Positions 23,353-33,549 of a stretch of 44,729 nucleotides of DNA are shown here, piece by piece. The DNA lies in the IMG/VR virus record IMGVR_UViG_3300013947_000009, positions 1-44,729 of that record, one strand, 5' to 3'. The stretch's first letter is position 1. Every line of letters starts with the position of its first letter. The notes beneath the pieces were generated by a model. It ran no database searches. It was given only the letters and a program-made list of their open reading frames with translations, and was not told where the DNA came from. Source of the stretch: a virus. The position numbers were made by a program, and so were the translations under genes.

Positions 23353-24272
23353 TCGATCTCGACCGAAATAGTATACAGGGTACCGGCATTAACAGGGTTC
23401 GGCGAGATAACCACTGATTTAATGACTGGTGCAACAGTGTTAAACACAATTTTGCGCGTTACGCTTGTTACTTTTCCTGCTTTGTCCGTAGCGGAAACAA
23501 CAATAGTATTTTCGCCCTGCTGACTGAGCGTAATTGTTTTGCTGAACGAACCGTCTGAGCCGACTGTTACTGCTCCGCAATCGGTGTCGTTGAGCTTCAC
23601 GGCAACAACAACCGGCTTGCTTGTCACGTCATCGGTTGTACCGACAATCTCAAGCTCACTCTCATTTGTTTCAAAGCCTTCTGCCGGTGCGGTAATTACG
23701 AGAGAAGGCGCGACAGTATCAATTTTGAATGTGCAGCTCGCAGTGTCAGCACTGTTACCGTCATTGTCCTTGATGTCAACTGTAAAAGTTTGTTCGCCAT
23801 CAGCGAGAATATCTGCCGGCGTATATGTGCCAATATAACCGCCTTCAGTATCTTCCCAAGCGATTCCGCTTGTAATTGATTTTCCAGCAAGACCAATTAC
23901 GCAAGTATCTTTCTTAATTCCTGAGTAACCGCTCGTCTGAATTGTGTTATCAAGCACTTTGAATTTAAACGTTGGCGTTCCAGTAGTAACATACGCGCCT
24001 GCCGCCGGTGCAAGAATTGTAATGACAGGCTTAACCTGTTCTTTAACGAAAAGTCTGAGATTAGTTCCGAGGGTACTGTGTGTGCTGTCAGCGTTTGTGA
24101 CGTTTCCAGCCGTGTCCTCTGCACGAAGCGAAACAGGATAATATCCTCCATCCAAATTAAATGACGATCCTGCCGGAGCGGTGAGCTGTGCCTCATACTT
24201 TCCTGTGCTTTCATTGAGCGTGAGCGGAACAGTTTGTCCATTGATTGTTGCAGTTAACGATTTAATTGCCAC
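23349..24272 (-). CDS. Ig-like (Big) repeat structural protein
   Basis: Three repeats ending ...D.AGN/GK..S.......(I/F).(T/D)V.AP. Confidence 0.65.
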   Translation of the reverse strand: MAIKSLTATINGQTVPLTLNESTGKYEAQLTAPAGSSFNLDGGYYPVSLRAEDTAGNVTNADSTHSTLGTNLRLFVKEQVKPVITILAPAAGAYVTTGTPTFKFKVLDNTIQTSGYSGIKKDTCVIGLAGKSITSGIAWEDTEGGYIGTYTPADILADGEQTFTVDIKDNDGNSADTASCTFKIDTVAPSLVITAPAEGFETNESELEIVGTTDDVTSKPVVVAVKLNDTDCGAVTVGSDGSFSKTITLSQQGENTIVVSATDKAGKVTSVTRKIVFNTVAPVIKSVVISPNPVNAGTLYTISVEIE

Positions 24273-24274
24273 AA

Positions 24275-24409
24275 TTAAAACTCCTTTCCAATAAATTTTT
24301 TAAATTGAATGAAAATATACGTCAAAGGAAGAATGATATTAATACAAAAGCCCTCGAGCAGTGCGCGAAAAAAACCCTTAAAAGCATAGATAAAAGTATC
24401 TTTTTGCAT
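24275..24409 (-). CDS. Small hydrophobic protein, 44 aa; start set at the RBS-linked ATG
   Basis: GGAGGA RBS before ATG 24409; FFRALLEGFCINIILPLTYIFIQF. Confidence 0.35.
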   Translation of the reverse strand: MQKDTFIYAFKGFFRALLEGFCINIILPLTYIFIQFKKFIGKEF

Positions 24410-24422
24410 GTTAATTTCCTCC

Positions 24423-25346
24423 TTAACTATAAATTTCATTATTTCCAATAACTGACTTAATGCAAACAAATGTCACTTTGTTAACGCCTTTAATAGAGTT
24501 AGTCAGTGTAATTTTAGCTGCATTACCGGTACCGCTAATTGTAAATTCTGAGCCTTCGACGAATAACACGCCTCCGATATGAACGAGAAGAACATCGCCG
24601 CTCGTATATTGAGAAATTCCAATATTAATTTGGTTAGTTAAACTCGTTGAATCAGTTCCGATGGTAACCGTGTTTTGATATTTAACAAGAGTAGTATCAA
24701 CATTCAAAGCATCAGTCAACGAATTAAACCATGTTTCAAATGCAGTTTTCTTAGCTGCCATATAGGCATCAAATTGCGCGGTAGCCGCTGCATAATAGGT
24801 AGCAAATGCGTCCTGATACTGAAGAGCTAATTGTGTAGTGTCTACTTGATTAACTAAGCTTGTGACAAATCCGCATAGAGACGTATTGAGCCGCTGATCC
24901 GTAATGTTCGCCTGAGAAATAGATGTTGCTCGGTTGTTAATTGCTATATCAGCCAGACAAATTTCGTAGACGGTGTTATTTCTTGTCAGCGCCGGAGCAG
25001 TAGGAGTCAAAGCATTAGTTCCTTGCTTAATGGCAAAAGTCATACTTCGGACGTTATCTGATGTGTCGAGACGAACAACCACGCGATCAATTCGTTTGTA
25101 CTGCACGTCTGCTGCGCCAATTGTTAAATTGGTAACGGCATCATTATTCATCCAATGACAATTAATAAACGCACGCCCAGTATCGATATTGACCGACATT
25201 CCTGTTCCCGGCGTGACAATCAATTTGTTACCGATACTTTCAAAAATTCCATTGCTAATTAACCCATTAAAATAATTGCCTAAATCTTCCGCATCATAGG
25301 TTCGGTCTCCGTCGACACTGTTAAAAAATCCACTGGTTATACTCAT
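24423..25346 (-). CDS. Tail fibre / receptor-binding-type structural protein
   Basis: N-terminal SGFFNSVDGDRTYDAEDLGNYF signature common in Firmicutes phage fibre proteins; ATGA overlap with the upstream gene. Confidence 0.6.
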   Translation of the reverse strand: MSITSGFFNSVDGDRTYDAEDLGNYFNGLISNGIFESIGNKLIVTPGTGMSVNIDTGRAFINCHWMNNDAVTNLTIGAADVQYKRIDRVVVRLDTSDNVRSMTFAIKQGTNALTPTAPALTRNNTVYEICLADIAINNRATSISQANITDQRLNTSLCGFVTSLVNQVDTTQLALQYQDAFATYYAAATAQFDAYMAAKKTAFETWFNSLTDALNVDTTLVKYQNTVTIGTDSTSLTNQINIGISQYTSGDVLLVHIGGVLFVEGSEFTISGTGNAAKITLTNSIKGVNKVTFVCIKSVIGNNEIYS

Positions 25347-26368
25347 GTATGCACACTCCAATCTTCAAAAGTAGGAATTACTTTGTAACCATTTTCATCA
25401 TCGCTTTCAATAATCTCTATTATTCTTGATTCCGCCGTCAGTCCATATTCATTTTTAACTTTCACGACATCTCCTAAGTCATAGTCTTTCTTATATTCAT
25501 AAGTCATATTTGGCTCGACTTCACTTTCAAAGGTTTCCTTCAGAGTCTGTTCGTTCAATTTTTTATTGCCGCGTTGAACGAGCAAATTTTGATATTCAGC
25601 TTCAGTAATTTCGTTATCATTACTTGAAATATCTCGAGCGTCGACGAATATCTCACGCCGGTCAATGCCAGTCGACGAGCCAATCGCGGCCTTTCTTCTG
25701 GCAATTCCTTCGCCTTCACCCGCGACATATGCGACATTCGCGTATTTGGAGCTGTCAAACTTATAATCAGAATTAATTAGATTATCGAATTCAGGGGAAA
25801 ATATTACGCCGTTATCCGTGCCTTTGTACAATTCAAAAATAAAATTTTTGTTATCGAGAGTAACTTTCCATCCCCATTTGTTTGCTACGCAAATTTGATT
25901 TACAACGTCGCTCACTGCATCGCCTGTAGATTGCAAACGAATCGTTTCGGAGTAGTTTCTCAATGTTCCGAATTTAAAATTTGATATTTTCCTCTCAGAC
26001 AATTCAGGAGAAATGATATTTTCAGTGATTAAGCGCTTAATGGCGAGTTCAGCTTTACCGTTCAAATTTGTTTGACCCCAAACTATTCGACGCTCCAAAA
26101 GACTTTCTGCAGACCTGCCTGTGATAGTTACGAAATTGCCATTTTGTACGTCCGTCATGATTTGAATGTTTTCAATAATCATAATTCGATCGTTGTCTTG
26201 ACGGTGAATGTAATTTCCTATTTTCAAAATAGACAATGTCTCATCGTTTACAGGTAAATATAATTCAAAATCTCCAGGCGAATAATATCGCGTTGTCCAA
26301 ATCAGCGAGCTATAACAGTCTACTATAGCGATAGGAATCAAGTTTTTATCTAAAACATATAAATCCAA
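25343..26368 (-). CDS. Sipho_Gp37-like tail-associated (Tal/baseplate) protein
   Basis: DCYSSLIWTTRYYSPGDFELYLP signature; follows Dit. Confidence 0.7.
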   Translation of the reverse strand: MDLYVLDKNLIPIAIVDCYSSLIWTTRYYSPGDFELYLPVNDETLSILKIGNYIHRQDNDRIMIIENIQIMTDVQNGNFVTITGRSAESLLERRIVWGQTNLNGKAELAIKRLITENIISPELSERKISNFKFGTLRNYSETIRLQSTGDAVSDVVNQICVANKWGWKVTLDNKNFIFELYKGTDNGVIFSPEFDNLINSDYKFDSSKYANVAYVAGEGEGIARRKAAIGSSTGIDRREIFVDARDISSNDNEITEAEYQNLLVQRGNKKLNEQTLKETFESEVEPNMTYEYKKDYDLGDVVKVKNEYGLTAESRIIEIIESDDENGYKVIPTFEDWSVHT

Positions 26369-26371
26369 AAC

Positions 26372-27220
26372 TTAAACCCCCTCAAACTGATTGGTTAGTT
26401 CAACTGTAATTGTTAAATTACTTTCACCTTCATCCGCTCCATAACTTATTTCATTTTCATTAGGAGCAAATTGAATCCATGTTGAACCCGTGCTCACCTT
26501 ATCAATCAGATTTGTAACTGTACCGGCTCGCAAAAGGGTAACGGATTTTTTTCCGAGGATTGTGCACAGCGTAATAACATCCCCTGAATTCATGTCAACG
26601 TTTAACCCAAAATACTTTTGCGTGGTTCGGTTATATATTGCAGGATTCAGAATTCCGCTCGTAGTTGCAATGAATGATATCGTGCCGCCGGTTTCAACTT
26701 CCCCTGCATTAATCGTCATTTCTGTTGATTTTTCAGTTACGCCGAGTTCAGTTCCTGCATCGGAAATTGAAAAAGGAAATTCAAAATTCGGAGCGGTATT
26801 TGAAAATTCAATATAATTGTTTTGGTTATTCCTGAAAAACGGATTTGGGCAAATAATACTGATCTGCGCTACTTGGCGATTTTTAAATAAATCAACCTCA
26901 TGGCTTTCGACATACCCTTCAATATGAACATCGCGCGAATCGTTTTTGTAATAAAACGTGATTGGATATTTCGTCGGAGCAAATTTGTATAATTGCAAGC
27001 GATTCCTTTCAATATTTCCTTCGATTACGACTGTTATTACGATATTTCTTTTATTCTTTTTTGAGCTGTTAAATACCGTACCATCCACAGTCGCTATCGC
27101 AGTAGTATTTATGGCCGCATTTACTGGGCCCAATCCAGTAATGCTTTGAATCGTATAATCAGGATTATGTGTTAACTCCAGTATCTCGCCATATTTATTT
27201 TTTATTTTTGCAGTAAACAC
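26372..27220 (-). CDS. Distal tail protein (Dit, Sipho_tail family)
   Basis: Position immediately after the tape measure gene; size and sequence character. Confidence 0.7.
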   Translation of the reverse strand: MFTAKIKNKYGEILELTHNPDYTIQSITGLGPVNAAINTTAIATVDGTVFNSSKKNKRNIVITVVIEGNIERNRLQLYKFAPTKYPITFYYKNDSRDVHIEGYVESHEVDLFKNRQVAQISIICPNPFFRNNQNNYIEFSNTAPNFEFPFSISDAGTELGVTEKSTEMTINAGEVETGGTISFIATTSGILNPAIYNRTTQKYFGLNVDMNSGDVITLCTILGKKSVTLLRAGTVTNLIDKVSTGSTWIQFAPNENEISYGADEGESNLTITVELTNQFEGV

Positions 27221-27223
27221 ACG

Positions 27224-30200
27224 TCATCCTCCTCTGATTAACGCCAGCTGATTTTTTGTTTGGCGATAAATTTCCAATCTTGAAAGGGGCTCAGGACTGT
27301 TAATCGTTTGATAGAAATTGTTGGAAACATTGTTGACTTGATTTCTATTGAATGAATTCATGCCGTTACCATTCATTTTCGTAGATAAACGTTTAGCGAT
27401 TTCATCGAGCCAAGCTGTATTTTTTTCAAGAGGAACAACTGCTTCAGCGCCGCTACCTTCAAGCAAACCGATTTGACCTTTTTTAAGAACACCGCCTTTA
27501 GCAAGTCGAGGCAAGGAGACCGTTGACATCGGGCTAATACTAACGCCGGGCAATGCATTGATTGCACCGATTGCTCTATTGATAGCGTTCGGAATCACAT
27601 TGATACCTCTTTCGACCGTTGCTATAACTGCATTTATTGCAGTTTTAAACGCTCCGCCAATCGCGTCGCCAACTTTGGTGCCGATTGTTGAAAATTTTTC
27701 TTTAATCGTGTTCCAAATTCCACCGAAAAAGCTTCCAACTTTTGAAAATGCCTTCTTAATCGCTGTCCAAGCGCTTCCAAAAACATTTCCAAAGAATTTA
27801 CTTACAGCAGAAAATGTTCCTTTAATGCCATTCCAAATAGCGGTAAAGTATGGTTTTACTTTATCCCAGACACCTTTAATTGCATTCCAAGCAGTTGAGA
27901 AAAACCCTCCTAATACCTCTTTGACGACTGAGAAAACGAGTTTAATGCCTTCCCAAACTATTTTGAAGTATGCTACCACAATGTCCCAAACCTTTTTAAT
28001 TGCCTCCCAAGCGGTTGAGAAATATGCTCCTAATATTGCTTTAACAACTGAGAATATTTTTTTAATGCCGTTCCAAATAGTTTCAAAATATGGCTTTACT
28101 TTATCCCAGATACTTTTGATTTTTTCCCATGCAGTTGAGAAAAATTTTCCCAATACCTCTTTAACGACTGAGAATATTTTTTTAATGGCATTCCAAACTG
28201 TTTCAAAATACGGTTTTGCTTTTTCCCAAACACTTTTGATTTTTTCCCATGCAGTTGAGAAGAACGCTTCAATTGCTTTCCAAACAGTTGAAGCAACCTC
28301 TTTAATTTTCTCCCAAAGATTTATCCAAAACTCTCTGAATGCGTCAGATTTATTCCACAAAATGACAAATGCAGCAACAAGTCCAGCGATCGCACTAATA
28401 ACCAATCCAATCGGGTTCATGTTCATTACCACGTTTAACGCTGCTTGCGCGATTTCCATCATTTTAATTGCCGCTGCTCCTGACTTTATCCAAGTTATAA
28501 ATGTCTGGATCTGCGTAACCGCAAAATATGTTGCAATCGCCGTGCCTATGCCTACAATCAAAGGCTCCCATTTCTCGAGCTCACTTGCGACATTTTTTAT
28601 TTTCTCAATGAAGCTTGGCAATTTCTCAGTAACCCATGCAGCCACATTATTCAATGTCGGCATTAAACTATCGGCGAGCGGTCCCAACAAATCTGTTTTA
28701 AGCGTTCGTCCTATACCGCTAATTGCTGCGGCGGGCGTGTCATATTTGACTGCTGCGAGTTCATCAGCTTTTCCCTTAACGTCAGTAAAGCTTTTGCCGA
28801 CGCTGCTCAATGATTCGATGAATTTAGTGCCTCCGTCTTCGGCCATAGTACCGAATGCTTTAGACGCCAAATTCATTTTTTCTTGTTCAGTTTTGGCTCC
28901 TTGAATATCAGCTACAATCGACGCGAAAACATCTTTCTGTGTCGCTTTACCGTTTTGCCATGCAGCAAACAATTTTTCAGTCTCTTTGGACCATATACCA
29001 GTGCCGTCTTTAACCTTTCCTGTCTTCTCGTCAATCGCAGTCATTGTGTCAGCAATCGTACCATCACCGAGACGAGTTGTAATTTCGTTTACTGCGTCGT
29101 TGACTTTATCAAGGTTATACGCGCCGCCCTCAGCGCCATTTTTCAAAAGCTGGAAATATTCTTCTGCTGTAAATCCAGCCTCAGCAAACTTGCCTGAGTA
29201 TTCGCTTACGTTGTCGCCCAATTCATCAGTATAGTTTAAACCGTTTTGGGCGCCGCTCGATATGAGGTCAAATGCTTCGTCACTTGTCATACCGAAATGC
29301 GTCATGAGTGAGTTAACCCCGCGCAAGGTTTCAACCATATCCATTCCAAACGTATCTTCCAGCGTCATGGCTTTTTTAGTCATATCTTCAAGTTTGGAGG
29401 CGTCAAGCTCTCCGGTAACTTCCTTGACTTTAGCCATTTTTTCAGCTACATCTTGCAAACTTTCACCGAAATTCTGTTTATATACGTTTTTTATTGCGGT
29501 TTCATATTTGCCCATAGCGTCTGCTGCTGTTCCTGTTTGTGCCGCAAATTGAGCATAAGCGTTTGCGCTGTCATTTATAAGGTCAGACGTGAGTTCAGCC
29601 AAAGCTTCAATGCATTTCTTTATACCTTCAGCAATAAGATTCGCAAGAGTGCCTTTTAAAACTGTGAAATTTCCCCCAGCTTTATCGGCAGCACCTCCTG
29701 CATTGCCAAACGATTTATCTAAACTGTCAGCTGCACTTTCAGCTTCTGACAGTTTGGATTTGTTAGCACTGAGTTTAGATGACAGCTGAGCAATTTCTTT
29801 CGCGGTGTTTCTTGCTTCCTTGCCTGTTTCACCCTGCGTCGCTACAATTTCAACATATTTTTCTTTGAGCTCTCGCAGCTTATTCTCTTGCTCGCTTATT
29901 GTACGGCTTAACTTTTCAAACGCGGTTTCAGTTTGTTTTTCTTCTCCGGTTAAATCCGACAATGATTTCTCATAGTTTCGAATTTCTTTTTCCGTCTTGT
30001 TAACTGCAGCTTGCTGGTTTAAAATAGTAACGCGCATGTTATCAGAAGCCGTTTTATTTGCAGTTTGTTCTTTTTCAACATTCGCGAGTTGTTTCTCAAG
30101 GGCTTTATATTCCTGAGATGTCTTTGAAACACCTTGATCGGCGAGTTGTTGCATTGCTGCGCGCAACTCATCTGCTCGTTTACCATTTTCAGCATATGCT

Positions 30201-30448
30201 TTATCAATTTCGGCTTGCTGCTTTTTGTAATTCTCGAGTTTTGCCTTTTGAGAATCGAGCACCGTCCCAAGTTGTTTGAGTTTGGCATTAATGCCGTCGC
30301 TCGATTTGCTCCAATTATCCATACCAGCCGAAGCCGCTTTAAATTCAGCGTTTGCGAGTTTAATATTTTTGTTGGCTTCTTGAATACCCGCTTTTAACTC
30401 AGATATATCAACCTTAAATTTTGTAGTCGGCTCATTGTTTTTGGGCAT
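27224..30448 (-). CDS. Tape measure protein, 1074 aa
   Basis: Length, coiled-coil N-terminus, TM segments, tandem FSTAWE.IK..W.K.KPYF repeats, position after the G/GT chaperones. Confidence 0.92.
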   Translation of the reverse strand: MPKNNEPTTKFKVDISELKAGIQEANKNIKLANAEFKAASAGMDNWSKSSDGINAKLKQLGTVLDSQKAKLENYKKQQAEIDKAYAENGKRADELRAAMQQLADQGVSKTSQEYKALEKQLANVEKEQTANKTASDNMRVTILNQQAAVNKTEKEIRNYEKSLSDLTGEEKQTETAFEKLSRTISEQENKLRELKEKYVEIVATQGETGKEARNTAKEIAQLSSKLSANKSKLSEAESAADSLDKSFGNAGGAADKAGGNFTVLKGTLANLIAEGIKKCIEALAELTSDLINDSANAYAQFAAQTGTAADAMGKYETAIKNVYKQNFGESLQDVAEKMAKVKEVTGELDASKLEDMTKKAMTLEDTFGMDMVETLRGVNSLMTHFGMTSDEAFDLISSGAQNGLNYTDELGDNVSEYSGKFAEAGFTAEEYFQLLKNGAEGGAYNLDKVNDAVNEITTRLGDGTIADTMTAIDEKTGKVKDGTGIWSKETEKLFAAWQNGKATQKDVFASIVADIQGAKTEQEKMNLASKAFGTMAEDGGTKFIESLSSVGKSFTDVKGKADELAAVKYDTPAAAISGIGRTLKTDLLGPLADSLMPTLNNVAAWVTEKLPSFIEKIKNVASELEKWEPLIVGIGTAIATYFAVTQIQTFITWIKSGAAAIKMMEIAQAALNVVMNMNPIGLVISAIAGLVAAFVILWNKSDAFREFWINLWEKIKEVASTVWKAIEAFFSTAWEKIKSVWEKAKPYFETVWNAIKKIFSVVKEVLGKFFSTAWEKIKSIWDKVKPYFETIWNGIKKIFSVVKAILGAYFSTAWEAIKKVWDIVVAYFKIVWEGIKLVFSVVKEVLGGFFSTAWNAIKGVWDKVKPYFTAIWNGIKGTFSAVSKFFGNVFGSAWTAIKKAFSKVGSFFGGIWNTIKEKFSTIGTKVGDAIGGAFKTAINAVIATVERGINVIPNAINRAIGAINALPGVSISPMSTVSLPRLAKGGVLKKGQIGLLEGSGAEAVVPLEKNTAWLDEIAKRLSTKMNGNGMNSFNRNQVNNVSNNFYQTINSPEPLSRLEIYRQTKNQLALIRGG
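27700..28330. repeat. Tandem in-frame coding repeats (about 40-aa unit, 5-6 copies) in the tape measure gene; coordinates approximate
   Basis: Repeated ...ccaaa(t/c)...gttgagaa... DNA pattern and the protein repeats. Confidence 0.75.
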
Positions 30449-30460
30449 CTTTTCACCACC

Positions 30461-31002
30461 TTAAAACCAGTTATCCCCCGCTTTTCGTTTATACGTTTTA
30501 GGCGCATCAGTTTGAATTTGAATCTTTCGCACGTTGCAATATAATGTCATTACTTTGTGAAATTTTTCACATTCAATCTGAAACGGAGTAAATGCAGGAA
30601 ATTCTTTGCACAGATTATAGTTTATTTGGAAAATCAATTCGGAAAAGGAGGCGGAGTTTTCCGCCTCCTCACTTAGTTTTTTGAGTCGGTGGGAATAGAC
30701 ATCATGTCAGCGACTGCAAATTTCGCAATATTGATTATGATAGGTAAAAGCTCTTTGACTTTTACGTGCTTCCATTCTTCATCGGTAACTCCTGGAAAAA
30801 CTTCTGACAAAACGCTTTTAATTTCCGTCCAAGCGTTATGAATTACTTTAAGAAGTTCAACCTGATTTTCAAGGTCCTCGATTTTGAGCAAATCCATCAA
30901 GCTCATAACCGTTCCAAACATCAGGTCATAGGTTGCAGCGCTATACTCCTTAACAACCTTTTTTCCTCGCGCATCATATATTTTCAAAATAAGATTATCC
31001 AT
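30461..31002 (-). CDS. Tail assembly chaperone G-T fusion made by -1 frameshift at 30676-30682 (109 + 71 aa)
   Basis: -1 frame continues LSEEAENSASFSELIF...KRKAGDNWF and stops at 30461, just before the tape measure ATG. Confidence 0.75.
30646..30682 (-). promoter_or_regulatory. Programmed -1 frameshift signal: slippery A_AAA_AAC (30676-30682) plus 9-bp GC-rich hairpin 6 nt downstream (30646-30669)
   Basis: Zero-frame codons tcA AAA AAC taa; aggaggcgg-N6-ccgcctcct. Confidence 0.75.
30673..31002 (-). CDS. Tail assembly chaperone (gpG-like), 109 aa
   Basis: Position between the major tail protein and the tape measure gene. Confidence 0.8.
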   Translation of the reverse strand: MDNLILKIYDARGKKVVKEYSAATYDLMFGTVMSLMDLLKIEDLENQVELLKVIHNAWTEIKSVLSEVFPGVTDEEWKHVKVKELLPIIINIAKFAVADMMSIPTDSKN

Positions 31003-31024
31003 GTCTATTCCTCCTCAGTGTTAA

Positions 31025-31642
31025 TTACGATCCGGCTGTAACGAGCGCAGCAAGCTTGTCGATATCCTGTACTTCTTCAAAGAATTTAGCTTCGGTAATA
31101 AGAGTATTTTTCTTATGATTAATAGCTTTAGCGGTTTTACCGGTTTTAGTAAATTTGTGAGTTGTGTTAATGCCTGTAAACACAAGTTCCTGTCCGCTTG
31201 CATCAGTACCGTCATTTTTGGTAGCGTGAGTTGAGTCAGGAATAGAGCACTTGACCTTATGCCTCCAAACAAAGATTTCATTTCCGCTGGTATCTTCTGT
31301 AACATAGCCGATTGCGAAATACGGACGAGTTGCTTCGCCTTCAACAAAGGTCTGGCTGCTTTCGTCATAGGTCTGGCCAGTGAGTTTGGCCAGTACGTCA
31401 AGCGGAATAGCTGACATCGAGCAAGTTACTTCGTCAGCACCAACTGAGTCAATAACGATTGCCGCAATGTTGTCATAATAATGAGTTTCAGAGCTGTTTT
31501 CAGTGGTTTTGGACAACTCTGCAATACCAGCAATCGGAAACGGAGTTCCATAAGCGAGAGTGTCTGCGGTATCAGTTGTGAGTTCTGCCGCAACAAGGTC
31601 CCTGATACCACGATATTCAGTGATTACTTTTTCATTTGCCAT
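31025..31642 (-). CDS. Major tail protein (phi13 family-like)
   Basis: Position and N-terminal EYRGIRDLVAAEL...D....YG.P signature. Confidence 0.8.
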   Translation of the reverse strand: MANEKVITEYRGIRDLVAAELTTDTADTLAYGTPFPIAGIAELSKTTENSSETHYYDNIAAIVIDSVGADEVTCSMSAIPLDVLAKLTGQTYDESSQTFVEGEATRPYFAIGYVTEDTSGNEIFVWRHKVKCSIPDSTHATKNDGTDASGQELVFTGINTTHKFTKTGKTAKAINHKKNTLITEAKFFEEVQDIDKLAALVTAGS

Positions 31643-31643
31643 G

Positions 31644-31988
31644 TTAGTTCCTCCTTAAATATTTGACATTGATTCCTCTGCCGTCGTGTGTAGGCTCATC
31701 TGAAATGACAGTATAGCCGTCTCCACTCAAAATGAATCCCGCTTCTTTTAATTTAGTTTTCGCCTCGCGTAATGTTTCATAAACCGCCGAAGGGTCAACG
31801 CTATAGAAGTTGACGTCATAATCAAATGTCGTTGTTCGTTCGTCGTCATCATAATAACTCTCACCATAAGAGTCATTATTCCAAAACGTAAAGAAGTGAT
31901 CGGGATAGGGCTCATTTTCCAAAAGCGATCCTTGCAGTTTTACCGGATATCCGAAAGTCTCTAAAACTGCAATCAATAAATCCTCCAT
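31644..31988 (-). CDS. Tail terminator/completion-like protein (positional call)
   Basis: Gene order upstream of the major tail protein. Confidence 0.5.
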   Translation of the reverse strand: MEDLLIAVLETFGYPVKLQGSLLENEPYPDHFFTFWNNDSYGESYYDDDERTTTFDYDVNFYSVDPSAVYETLREAKTKLKEAGFILSGDGYTVISDEPTHDGRGINVKYLRRN

Positions 31989-31991
31989 GAT

Positions 31992-32405
31992 TCACCCTCC
32001 CAATTTTTTCTGAATTGCTCGCATAACAGTTTTCTCTTGCAGTTCTGCGACTTCTTTTTTTGTTCGCGAGCCGTAAATGTCATTATAAAGTTTTTTATCG
32101 GGCCTCATTCGTGGAGTTCCGTACATAAGAAATATTGACGGCATTCCTCCGTTACTCAAGTTAAAACCTACGTCGATACTCGCCACATCTCCAGCCCATT
32201 GTACTTTTGCGTTTTTAATGATTGACGCAGCGGTTTTACCCGTTCGCCGGTGTCGACCCATATCAGCTTGGAGCTTAGGCGTAATAAAACCGTGCGTACT
32301 CTGAAGGGCTTGTTCAGTGGTAGCTTTTAAATCGCCGCCTAATTCTTCTAAACGAGCGCTTAATTCTTCAAATCCACTAAATTCTAATTTGAATTTCTTA
32401 GCCAT
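31992..32405 (-). CDS. HK97 gp10-family tail-component protein
   Basis: N-terminal FSGFEELSARLEELGGDL pattern and position. Confidence 0.65.
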   Translation of the reverse strand: MAKKFKLEFSGFEELSARLEELGGDLKATTEQALQSTHGFITPKLQADMGRHRRTGKTAASIIKNAKVQWAGDVASIDVGFNLSNGGMPSIFLMYGTPRMRPDKKLYNDIYGSRTKKEVAELQEKTVMRAIQKKLGG

Positions 32406-32749
32406 TAAGCACCGCCTCGAATTGCTCTTATTTTGAATTTCAAATACTGATTGCGTCTGTTGATATTTTCAGGAGTTCCGAGAATTTCATATTCAGTTTC
32501 ATCCGTGTCTTTTATCTTGCAATCCGGTTTAATATCCGGACGGTACCACGTCTCAATGACTGCGGTATCTTCTATGACAAGAACATCGTTTTCAGTTCTC
32601 TCTGTTCCTCCAAAAGTTCTAAATGAGCACATGATTTGTTCACCGACTTCTGGATAAACTTTCTTTGATGAACCTTTTTTTGTAACAATGGTTGGAACGA
32701 ATAGAAATAAGGGAACGTTGAATGGACCCGAAGGTCTATATTCGCTCAT
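32405..32749 (-). CDS. Head-tail adaptor / head closure protein (SPP1 gp16-like)
   Basis: Position; F.TFGG.E.......V......I.TWYRPDI pattern. Confidence 0.65.
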   Translation of the reverse strand: MSEYRPSGPFNVPLFLFVPTIVTKKGSSKKVYPEVGEQIMCSFRTFGGTERTENDVLVIEDTAVIETWYRPDIKPDCKIKDTDETEYEILGTPENINRRNQYLKFKIRAIRGGA

Positions 32750-32755
32750 AACTTA

Positions 32756-33316
32756 TCACCCCAAATTATCGATTACTCTAGTATTTCCAGCTTTCTCAGC
32801 AAGATTATCGGAATTAACCTCAATGATCGTTATAATATGGCCGTCTTCCGCTTCGATATCTGATACACCATTCCAAGGAGTATAATCAGAAACGTCATCA
32901 TGATAGGCCGGAAAATCAATCTCATTCGGCGTAATTTTATACCGAAACATTGGATTTTTAGAGGCCCCAATAACCGTAATTTTGGTTGTGAAAAATTCTT
33001 TTCCTGGCTCTGATATAAGCGTTAATTCTCCAAGTATTGGAACAGGCGGCTCAATTATTTTGTAAATGAGTTGCTTGGCTCGTTGATAAAAATAATCGCT
33101 TAACCGAGCTTCGCCTGAACCATAATTCCACAAATCAGCAACGCCTCGAGCGATGACACCGACCGACACAGCGTTATTAAGCACATTTTCATTAACGCCG
33201 GCATCAAGCAGATATCCTTTTACGTCTTCAATATAAGACAATAAAGTCTCATCCTGATATGTACCAGTGATCCCCAAGCTGGATTTAACTCTTGCTAATA
33301 ATTCTGTGTCGGTCAA
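32756..33316 (-). CDS. gp6-like head-tail connector protein with C-terminal extension
   Basis: LLARVKSSLGITGTYQDETLLSYIEDVKGYL signature. Confidence 0.65.
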   Translation of the reverse strand: MTDTELLARVKSSLGITGTYQDETLLSYIEDVKGYLLDAGVNENVLNNAVSVGVIARGVADLWNYGSGEARLSDYFYQRAKQLIYKIIEPPVPILGELTLISEPGKEFFTTKITVIGASKNPMFRYKITPNEIDFPAYHDDVSDYTPWNGVSDIEAEDGHIITIIEVNSDNLAEKAGNTRVIDNLG

Positions 33317-33333
33317 TTCGTCTCACCCTTTCT

Positions 33334-33537
33334 TTAGGCGCTAACCGCGGTCCATGTTGCTGCGCCCTCGCTGTCAATAACCAAATTATAAGTGCCGGCA
33401 GTAGTCGGCAACGCCGGGGCCGAATAATTGTTCGCAATATAAGCAATTATTTCGGCCGTAGTGTTACCGGTGACCGCAGACTCTGAACCACCGCAAACTG
33501 CTGCCGCAAGCTTTCTCAATGCTTCAACATTAGTCAT
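33334..33537 (-). CDS. Small head-module protein, 67 aa
   Basis: ORF directly after the capsid gene. Confidence 0.5.
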   Translation of the reverse strand: MTNVEALRKLAAAVCGGSESAVTGNTTAEIIAYIANNYSAPALPTTAGTYNLVIDSEGAATWTAVSA

Positions 33538-33549
33538 GCAAAGCCCTCC

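Noticed and set aside
27558-28904. 448-aa ORF on the + strand, plus several other + strand ORFs between 26490 and 30397
   Set aside because: It lies entirely antisense to the tape measure and Dit genes. It has a low-complexity, repeat-driven composition, no RBS and no operon logic, so it is a shadow ORF.
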